Shown here: positions 53,461 through 64,000 of the stretch, one piece after another | How the letters are laid out: the number at the start of each line of letters is the position of its first letter | Numbering within the stretch: the first letter of the stretch is position 1 | NCBI GenBank assembly: GCA_951406725.2 | Contig: OX597814.1 | Location: 199,578,001-199,642,000 of the forward strand | Direction: 5' to 3' | Length of the DNA: 64,000 nt | From: Octopus vulgaris | Lineage: Eukaryota | Notes under the pieces: generated by a model | The model's database searches: none | Seen by the model: the letters and a program-made list of their open reading frames with translations, nothing else | Told to the model about the DNA's origin: nothing | Program-made: the position numbers and the translations under genes

Positions 53461-53867
53461 ATCGTTATATCAAAGACGTAAAAAGTATTTTTTTTTCTTT
53501 TCATCCAAGGCAAGTACATTGAACTTCGTGCACAAAAGAAATTTTATTGAAACTCTGCATATACAAAATATTTGAAAGAATAGATGTTTGAGGGGTTGCA
53601 GAGCAGAATAAACTATTGATTCACTGGTCTTCCAAATGCATTTTCATTAATTTTATAATGCTTATTTGTTGCATTAATTAACATGGTCAACCAATGAAAT
53701 CACAGATTTTTTAGTGAGGGTGCGTGGGGGTTAATTATCATTTCTCTTCAACTGAAACGAGATTGAACCAAAGTAAATTATTGTTTGCTCTAAGAACGAG
53801 GATATGGTTGAATGCATTCTTTAGCTACTACTCCCACTCGAAGACAGCTCATTCAGAAACATTCAGT

Positions 53868-54367
<500 letters not shown>

Positions 54368-55616
54368 TGAAATACTGTGCATGTACAAGAAAATGACGCC
54401 GAGCGAGGACGATTTTCGAGCCATTTGATAAACTTGTTAAGGAAGTTATTAAAAAGAAAAACTGAAAAGAACATATCAGCCTGCTTGTGACAGAAAGCAA
54501 ATGCTTGTGGAATATGAAGATTAATTTCATTAAACAATGTTGCGTTACTCTACTTTTGCCTGATTCATAATACGATTTAAGTAGCATGATTAACAAAGTA
54601 CGTCAGTAACTGTATAAATAAGATGTACTTGAGAGTTTGCTAATCAGATGTGACCGTAGTGACCATAGGAAATGTATGATGAGAGCTTATCTATAATCTA
54701 GTGGATGTTATAAAATGCTAAGTATATGAATAAAAGATGAGCAAATATTTAGAATTTGTCGCTGAGACTGATTTTAAAAATTCTTATCAGATGTATAGAG
54801 AAGCCATTTCGCGGACATTCGCAATAAACTTATTTTAGAAAATAAAGCTATTGAAAATAATTCAGGGGTATGTCATTTTAAGTAGAATTTATCCAGATAT
54901 CCGTTTCTGAGCTCGAAACAGATTAATTTGACTTATGATAACTTTTTATGCCAGGTGTCAAGATAAGAATACATGGACATTGATAAACACAATATGTATG
55001 ATACAAGCATTTGTTCATGATGCACTGGGGCCTATTGCGATTTGTGCTTTCATCAAAAATCAGAATGTACAGGGCGATCTCTTTCCCGTGCATTTTTTTT
55101 TTTTTTTTGTAATAGATTGTAAAATAAAGAGCATGATAGGGATTTTTAAAGTCTTGGAATGGATGGAGATGTACTAAAAATAAAGGAGATTATCATGTTT
55201 TAGCAGGGCAAACTGTCATATCCATACCTGAGACAAAGAGCACCTTAGTTTCATTGAAACTTCTATATCTACGGTCTTTTGATCGTTTTATGAAGTTAAT
55301 CATGCGTGTCGGTGCTAGAATCATCGATTGAATAAAAGAAAAATGAAGTTGAAATCTCACATTTCTGAAAGACGTGAAGCAAAGACTACAGAGACTGTAG
55401 TAATACATTATTGGAAAATTTTATGTAAAGTGGGACCAACCTGAGGAAAGGAGAAAGTACAACACAAGGGAACAAAGTTAGGAAAATTCTTCACTACATC
55501 GCCACCATTTAATAAGCTATGTTGAAAAGACATTTTTTTCGTGGTATATGCAGCACATCTTTCAAGTATTATAGAGGTCATTTCTTTGATGGAAATTATA
55601 AATTAGAACGATATTT

Positions 55617-55838
55617 CATCTCATCTAGTTTCAGCTCACGAGCTGTGGCCATGCTGGGGCACCGCCATTTATGAGAGAAAGTTGTGGCGAAAGAGTCAGT
55701 AGAAGCTCGCCATTACTTTCTGCCGGGGCCGCGTGGAGCTTAGGTGTTTCGCTCATAAACACACACATCGCCTGGTCTGAGATTCGAACTCGCGATCCCT
55801 CGAGCGCGTGTCTGCTGCTCTAACCACTAGGCCATATG
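55617..55838 (-). mobile_element. tRNA-derived SINE family D
   Basis: Minus strand: TGGCCTAGTGG A box, GAGTTCGAATC B box, CORE-like gtgtttatgagcgaaacaccta, tail ggcggtgccccagcatggccacagctcgtgagctgaaac. Confidence 0.82.
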
Positions 55839-57165
55839 TTTTGCAATGATCTATGTACTTATCAACTCATTACGAGGAGTAATAAACGCCTTCAGGGTCC
55901 AACATGGGTCAGTATTACACCAACTTACACAAGTTTCTTAGTCACAGCTGGGAAATAACCTAAATGGTAGTTTTGGACCTGGGTCTCCAAATGAATCAGG
56001 ACCGGAAAGTTGTTATAAATTCGTACGATCTGTTCGAATTAACTCATCACACAAAATCATTCAAAACTCTAACCTTCTTAGATTGTGGGTTTCCAGTGAT
56101 CTTAAAAGTGAATAGAGAAAGGAGAAAACGTGGTCTTACTACAAAATAACATTGCGCACAAGGACATTTGACCCATTACTGCAATAAAATATGGTAGAAT
56201 CTAAAAGCTTCATTATTTAACAGGAAAGATTATGATGTTAGCATTGCTGAACTTAATGTTGTCTTTCTCACCTTATGATAAGGTGTTACTTTTCTAAACT
56301 ATAGGATTTCTCGGTACATACTAAGAAATGCTCAAATTTTGTTGCAGAGCAAGTATATTTTCTATTCGCAAAACCTCTTTCTTAATTTAATCGTGATTGC
56401 TTTAGTCACACTTTACACCTAGCTACATGGGCAGAGGAAATATGTCTAACAAGCGTCAAGTCTGGTTTTGGGAAATTCCTTTGCGATTTTTTATAATTTA
56501 AACATGTCAGTAAAGAGTGGCGGGTACAAAATTTATGCATCTCCTCTTTCATGGGATTTAGGGTGTCAATAAACATTTTTTTCTTCTATTCCAACAGATA
56601 TTCTCAGTATTTTTAAGTGGATGAATGTTAGTGCATTTGTCATAGATTAAAGTCATACGTTTAACATTGGTTGAATCAGTTCACGTTTTTCTTAAGTATT
56701 CTAGTCGTAAACTAAAGTTTGCCTTTACATTATATTTAATAATCTTTAAAACCAGAAGTGTCCCCAGATTAAACCTATGTTTTCTGAAATCTTTTACTGT
56801 GAGCTGGCATGATAATAGCTGGTTTAGTACTGGGATTCGCTCGATTTTCAAATTATTTTTACATTTGTGTTTAAATTTTATTCCCACAAATGCACAATTT
56901 TCCTGATTTCTCAACAGATTTACCCCATAAATCCTACAAAACAAAAGTTTCTTAATCTGACTCCATCACTAGCACCAAAATTGACTTGTTTTAAATTGTA
57001 AGTACGAAAGTACGAAATTACTAACAGTTATGAGATTTGAAGCAAATTTCTGCCATTAAGAATGACAACCAAATATTTTTCCTGAATTCTCAATAAATTC
57101 TTTAACTCGTTATTTCCGTACGAAATTTTCCGTTTTGATTAAATTTAAATACTCACCAAAAAGTT

Positions 57166-57506
57166 GAGTGGCTGTGTGGTAAGTAGCTCGCTTACCAACC
57201 ACATGACTTCCGGGTTCAGTCCCACTGCGTGGCACCTTGGGCAAATGTCTTCTACTATAGTCTCGGGCCGACCAAAGCCTTGTGAGTGGATTTGGTAGAC
57301 GGAAACTGAAAGAAGCCCGTTGTATATATGTATATATGTATGTGTGTATGTTTGTGCGTCCCCAACATCGCTTGACAACCGATGCTGGTGTGTTTAGTCT
57401 CCGTAACTAAGCGGTTCATTAAAAGAGACTGATAGAATAGGTACTAGGCTTACAAATCATAAGTTTCGGGGTCGATTAAAGGTGGTGCTCCAGAATGGTC
57501 ACAGTC
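57166..57506 (+). mobile_element. SINE family A
   Basis: Near full-length copy. Confidence 0.9.
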
Positions 57507-57810
57507 CCTTTCATTCGGATATTATCTTTCTTCGCCGATATTTTATCAATTAACCCATTAATGCCCAATTTTTTTTATTTGATTTATTATCAAAAATCTT
57601 TATACAAGTTCATCTGATTCTAAACATATAAAAAGTGTATTAATACAATATTTAAAAGACACTCCAGTCTTGATGACGAACTAAAGATATCTCAGAAAAA
57701 TACAGGGGTTGCAGAAATATGATTGATTATCCTTCTGGTCCTTATAAAAGGAGCATGGATGCTAATAAGTTAAGCACACTAAGTTTTGTAATATCTTCTT
57801 GCCGAAGGGA

Positions 57811-58154
57811 ACTCTTTTTACTCTTTTACTTGTTTCAGTCATTTGACTGGCCATGCTGGAGCACCGCCTTTAGTCGAGCAAATTGACCCCAGGACTTATT
57901 CTTTGTAAGCCTATCACTTATTCTATCGGTCTCTTAAGCGATGTTGGGGGGACAAACACAGACACACACGTGTATATAAATACAAATCTACGACAGGCTC
58001 CTTTCAGTTTCCGTCTACCAAAATCCACTCACAAGTTTTTGGTCGGCCCGAGGCTATAGTAGAAGACACTTGCCCAAAGTGCCACGCAGTGGGACTGAAC
58101 CCGGAACCATGTGGTTGGTAAGCAAGCAACTTACCACACAGCCACTCCTACACC
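57811..58154 (-). mobile_element. SINE family A with internal deletion
   Basis: Tail, head and CORE present. Confidence 0.9.
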
Positions 58155-58548
58155 TATAAGATATTCTTTTGAGTATTATACATATTACGCTTATCGAAAT
58201 GTTGCATAAATGATATTTTTTTATTTTTAATATGATATTGATAAAGGGATTCATTTCAGTTAATTGGATCGTTTGATTCATTTACATGTAGAAAAATAAT
58301 TTATCTTAAACTGAAAATCCCAATTGTTTTGTTTCCTTAATATCAACAAATATTTACTTTGTATTTAATTTTGTAACAAGGAATAATGAATAGCATTTTA
58401 CTCTCTTAAATATTAATTTCATACTTTGGCATATCGCCTTCAACTATTAAAGAAGAAATTAAGTAGTGTGATTTTCATGTTCATTTTGAGAATTTATATC
58501 GTTAGAGAAATGATGTAGTTGATAAAATATCACATATCTAATTTTAAG

Positions 58549-58911
58549 GCGGCGAGTTGGCAGAAACGTTTGCACGCCGGGCGAAATGCTTAGCGGTATT
58601 TCGTTTGTCTTTACATTCTGAGTTCAAATTCCGCTGAGGTCGACTTTGCCTTTCATCCTTTCGGGGTCGATATAATCGGCTTAATCCCTCTGTCTGTCCT
58701 TGTTTGTCCCCTCTGTGTTTAGCCACTTGTAGGTAGTAAAGAAATAGGTATTTCGTCTGTCTTTGCGTTCTGAGTTCAAATTCCACCGGGGTCGACTTTG
58801 CCTTTCACCCTTTCGGAGTCGATAAATTAAGTACCAGTTGCGTACAGGGGTCGCTCTAATCGACTGGGTCCCTCCTCCCAAATTTGGGGCATTGTACCTA
58901 GAGTAGAAATG
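58549..58911 (+). mobile_element. Dimer-like SINE family B with 23-bp TSD
   Basis: aatatcacatatctaattttaag at 58526-58548 and 58912-58934; B box and central domain occur twice. Confidence 0.9.
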
Positions 58912-59026
58912 AATATCACATATCTAATTTTAAGAGGATGTGTTCGGACCTACAGCGATAGATTTAATTCAGTATGCTTGAAAGAAACATAACAGCAACT
59001 TACACAAATAATGGTTAATATACGTA

Positions 59027-59565
59027 GGCGTAGGGGTATATTAGCCTCGGGCCGACCAAAGCCTTGTGAGTGAATTTGGTAGACGGAAACGGAGTGAAGC
59101 CCGTCGTATATGTATGTTTGTATATATATATATATATATATGTATATATAGGCGTAGGAGTGGCTGTGTGGTAAGTAGCTTGCTTACCAGCCACATTGTT
59201 CCGGGTTCAGTCCCACTGCATGGCACCTTGGGCAAGTGTCTTCTTCTATAGCCTGGGGCCGACCAAAGTCTTGTGAGTGGATTTGGTAGACGGAAACTGA
59301 AAGAAGCCCGTCGTATATATGTATATATGTATATATATGTGAATGTGTGTGTATATGTTTATGTTCTTTGTTCCCCCAACATTGCTTGACAAGCGATGCT
59401 GGTGTGTTTACGTCCCCGTAACTTAGCGGTTCGGCAAAAAGTGACCGATAGAATAAGTACTTGGCTTCCGAAGAATAAGTCTTGGGGGCGATTTGCTCGA
59501 CTAAAGGCGGTGCTGCAGCATGGCCACAGTCAAATGACTGAAACAAGTAAAAGGGTAAAAGAGTA
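59027..59565 (+). mobile_element. SINE family A: head-deleted partial copy followed by full copy (59151-59565)
   Basis: taggcgtagg at both starts; segment 59043-59110 repeated inside the full copy. Confidence 0.88.
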
Positions 59566-60129
59566 TACTATATGTTTTGATATACATTTATAGTATAACG
59601 TTCCTTAACGTTTAGTGAGTAACACTAGCTGTGTGGAAAGAAGATTTCTTCCCAACTGCGTGGTTCCGACTAAAGCTTTGTGACTAGATTCGTAATTGTT
59701 ATTGTTCTCATGACAATTGTTTCGGTCAATGTCTTAAAATGCAATTACTTTCTTTTCATTTACTGAAACCTTGAAATTTAAAACCCAGACAACATTCCTT
59801 GAACAGTATACATATTTTCATTCTGACGACAGCAACACTTCAAACGTGTATTTTACAATTTCATAACTGGCTGTGTTGTGTTACATTTGATTGGATGAAT
59901 TTGGAATTAACCAAACATATTAATTGTAATATGGTAAGGTCTTACATACATAACATGAGTTGGAAAACATTGACAGATTATTAGAACAAAAATTATTGGC
60001 GGTGCATAAAAAGTCGGTTAATGGAAACATTAGAAAATGTAAAAAATACGTCATAGAAATGGATCTAGTCTTTTAGCCAATGGATGAAAGCAATGATGGT
60101 TATGTTTCAGTTTTAGAAGACCTCCTTAT

Positions 60130-60577
60130 ATGAATGTGTGTGTGTATATACATAAATAATATGTATGTCTACCTCTATGTATATATGTGTATATATGAGT
60201 ATAGATATGTATATATATATATATGTGTGTATGTGTGTGCGTGTATATATATATGTGTGTGTATATATATATATGTGTGTGTATGCATATATATATATGT
60301 ATATGCGTATATATATCTATATGTGTATATGTATGTGTGTATGCATATATATATGTATATGCGTATATATATCTACATGTGTATGTATGTGTATATGTAT
60401 ATATATATACATGTGTATGTATGTGTATATGTATATATATATGTATGTGTGTGTATGCATATATATGTGTATGCATATATATGTGTGTATGCATATATAT
60501 GTGTGTATGCATATATATGTGTATATATATATATGTATATGTGTATATGTATATGTGTATATGTATATGTATATGTG

Positions 60578-60612
<35 letters not shown>

Positions 60613-61212
60613 ATGCATATATATATGTATATGCGTATATAGATATGTGTGTATGCATATATATATGTATATGCGTATATAGATCTGTATGTGTATATAT
60701 ATATATGTATATATTTATGTGTCTATATATATAGATATATATGGGTATATATGATCGAAAAGTTGAACAGTGAGCTTTTATGCTATTTTTTCTTCTCTTC
60801 ATTTCCTTATTCCCTTTCTCTTGTCTTCGATGTCGACATTTCATTAATCTATACCCTTTTATTTTCCCTGTTTGTCTCCGATGACGGAATATCCCATACT
60901 CTGAGATATACCAGAAACAGCTGTAACGCTTTGAATCTTTACAATGTTAACAACGTATATGAATTGAGACGTTTGTCTTACCTTGACCTTTATTGTCCTC
61001 TTTCCCAATCATATATCCGCTGTATACGAACTCTACAATGGCTCCATACCTACCGTCTCGGCTATAACCTTGGAGCCCTGGTAATCCAGCTGACCACTTG
61101 CATAGCGTACCTAGTCGTTCAGATTGGCTGTGGACTAAACCCTCATACTTTGTATATATACATAAATATATTTATGTAAATATGTATGTATATATATGCA
61201 TACATATGTGTG

Positions 61213-61260
<48 letters not shown>

Positions 61261-61264
61261 TATG

Positions 61265-61313
<49 letters not shown>

Positions 61314-61640
61314 GTATCTATACAGATATGTATATATATGTAGATATGTATATATGTATATATATGTAGATATATGTAGATATATATATGTGTATGTATG
61401 TGTGTGTGTAAGTATGTGTGTGTATATATGTGTGTGTGTGTATATATATATGTGTGTGTGTATATATGTGTGTGTATGTATGTGTGTGTATGTATGTGTG
61501 TGTGTGTATATATATGTGTGTGTGTGTATATATGTGTGTATGTATATGTATGTGTGTATGTATATGTATGTGAGTGTATGTATATATGTATATATAAATG
61601 TATGTATGTATATATATATATATATATGTGTGTGTGTGCC
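60130..61640. repeat. TA/TG microsatellite blocks flanking a PLE-like insert (~60750-61150)
   Basis: Low-complexity tracts at 60130-60750 and 61150-61640. Confidence 0.9.
60874..60929 (+). ncRNA. Degenerate hammerhead motif
   Basis: CCGAUGA (U4>C)-C-GGAAUAUC..GAUAUACC-A-GAAAC-AGCU-GUA; palindromic ACAGCUGU; helix I decayed. Confidence 0.55.
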
Positions 61641-61999
61641 TAGAGAGGCAGACTGAAAGACGGAGGTGCAGAGATGAAGGTGGGAGAATATAGTACTTTA
61701 TTATGTATATAAACGTTATGGCTGAGCAAAAAATATCCCAGGGGATTACTTTGCATGTTGAAGGTAAATAGTGTAAGTTCTCATACAAGTAATATTCTGA
61801 ATTAAAATTTTTCACTTCACTGAGATTACTCAAGCACTTAGGACAAAAATTTTCACCAGGTTTTTTTTCTTTTTTTTCAGCATCTACAAGCAAATAGGAA
61901 TAAATTTAATAATATCAATTTATAGATATTTTGGAAAATACTGAATATGCCGTGGGGAATTAATCTGGTTTTTAAATTTAAGGATGAGTGTAACAGACA

Positions 62000-62231
62000 T
62001 ACTCTTACTCTTTTACTCTTTTACTTGTTTCAGTCATTTGACTGCGGCCATGCTGGAGCACCGCCTTTAGTCGAGCAAGTCGACCCCGGGACTTATTCTT
62101 TGTAAGCCCAGAACTTATTCTATCGGTCTCTTTTGCCGAACCGCTAAGTGACGGGGACGTAAACACACCAGCATCGGTTGTCAAGCAATGCTAGGGGAAC
62201 AAACACAGACACACAAACACATACATACACA

Positions 62232-62279
<48 letters not shown>

Positions 62280-62444
62280 TACGACGGGCTTCTTTCAGTT
62301 TCCGTCTACCAAATCCACTCACAAGGCATTGGTCGGCCCGGGGCTATAGCAGAAGACACTTGCCCAAGATGCCACGCAGTGGGACTGAACCCGGAACCAT
62401 GTGGTTGGTTAGCAAGTTACTTATCACACAGCCACTCCTGCGCC
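62000..62444 (-). mobile_element. Full-length SINE family A
   Basis: Complete, little-diverged copy. Confidence 0.93.
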
Positions 62445-63429
62445 ATGTCTTTCCTCTTATTTTTTTTTTTAGTACTAAGATTATATTCTATAGTATTATA
62501 TATAACGAATCATATTTTACTCATTTGGCAAGATTTATTGAAGCCTTCCACAGTGACCACTGTCCTACAAGAGAAAAGTTTGTTTCAATATTTTGTATTT
62601 TACTGATATTTCTAAATTTCGTAGTATATTTGAAATTTGTTGCCGAAAACCTGTGTTTAACATACATTTATAGATCGGCACGTAAGTCATCAGAAGATCT
62701 AATTCAGTTTCTGAGTTAACGTCCTGTCGCTTAAGATCGATAAATCGTATGTAATATATTAAAATCGTCTCCGTAAATTATTTTTCCGTGTTCTCATAAA
62801 AATATCATGGAAATAAAGTAATATAACCAAATATTTTGTTTCACATAAGTTGACACAATTTGTATCAAAACATTTTACCAAGAAATGTAAATATTCAGAA
62901 ATATTTAAACGTTTTATCTTTTATTTGGTAACAATTTACACAGAGAAAATACTCTGGAAAAAATAATATTAGAAAATTTGGTCGAAAAAGTTTTAAAATA
63001 AACATGATGTAGTTATATAAATATTTATTCATAGAACATTATCAATATTAAAATAAACAATTATAAATTCTAAAAATGTATGCAGCGAAGCAGATTTTGA
63101 TTAAGATCATTTTTAATCTTAAATGAGTGGAAAATATTGACCCAATCCATAAAGAAGTATTTATATTTTCTCTAGTATCACATAATAAAAATGTTTTGCT
63201 TTCATTACTAATTAATTAAATGTTTAATCAATCTTACTTTCACAATTATAGAATATAAAATAACAATGCGAATAGTCGTTTGCCGTAGGTAACCCTTTAA
63301 AAACCACAAACTTTAATCTCATCCAAGCTCCAAGGTATTCTATGATCCTTGATGATCAGTTTGAAGCATGTCACCGACTTAATATCATGAGAGAGGCGAT
63401 TTTCTACAATGGATGAATGATTCCTCATG

Positions 63430-63830
63430 TGAGAAGATTGTGCGCTTCAGACCTAGTCACCATTCCGCACCACACACCGCTGTCTCGTCCTGCAGTCGTA
63501 TAGTCTACCCTAGTCCTCCTTGTCCAGTCGTTAATGCCACCACTACTTCGTCTTTGCCGTCCGCGAACCTGTTTTCCATTCACCAAGCTTCTAAGGACGT
63601 GGGCCCTGATTATGTGGCCAAATTATTGCAGTATTGCTGTCTGACGATCATCAACAACTCTCATTACATCCTTATCTCCTCTTGGACTGAATCGTTTGTT
63701 CTACGAGCGACCCAAATGATCTGCAGCGCCCGTTCGAGCACCCTCGGTCGCTTAGTATTAACCACCTTCTGCGTCCATATCCATACAGCACCCCACCCCT
63801 GTGCAAAACTGAAGGCCAGAGCAAGAATTT
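63430..63830 (-). mobile_element. Degenerate RTE-clade LINE 3' end
   Basis: VLYG...LQIIWVARRTNDSV...LLMIVRQ..FGHIIR...GKQVRGRQRR...INDWT...RDSGVW, frameshifted. Confidence 0.75.
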
Positions 63831-64000
63831 TATGCTTTTACCCACGGTACGTTTTTTTCCATATTGTATTACTTGTGGAAAATAAATAGAGCGAATAATC
63901 TTCAAAAATACGGATAAAGCAAACAAACATTAAAATAATAAGTCTTGCTCTGATTCTTGGCTGCATTCCGCTGTTTCGTCAACAATGGAACCCAAGTACT

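Noticed and set aside
63413-63889. 158-aa + strand ORF as a host gene
   Set aside because: It is the antisense shadow of a degenerate RTE LINE on the - strand.

Overview
AT-rich, repeat-dense animal genomic DNA, most likely an octopus (inferred from abundant tRNA-derived CORE-type SINEs resembling the octopus OR families and very long TA/CA microsatellites). The only host coding sequence I can support is one short + strand first coding exon (28714-28816, MDECNT...KKCKSATFTLDGTSYTI|gtaagt) resembling the N-terminus of long PDE1C isoforms; the ~35 kb downstream is then probably intron. Almost all long ORFs in the track are microsatellite artefacts. The rest is transposon debris: SINEs of at least four families, R4/Dong, RTE and CR1-like LINE relics, Penelope-like (PLE) relics, mariner/Tc1/pogo fragments and non-autonomous Helitrons. 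The most striking signal is a set of roughly ten type I hammerhead-ribozyme (HHR) motifs, from canonical to dead, in short, mostly TA-flanked elements, several sitting in fold-back structures. One element (46648-47116) joins a tRNA-like Pol III head to an HHR-bearing tail, a candidate 'ribozyme SINE' / Pol III retrozyme. All alignments and folds were done by eye, so boundaries may be off by a few bases and family names are tentative.
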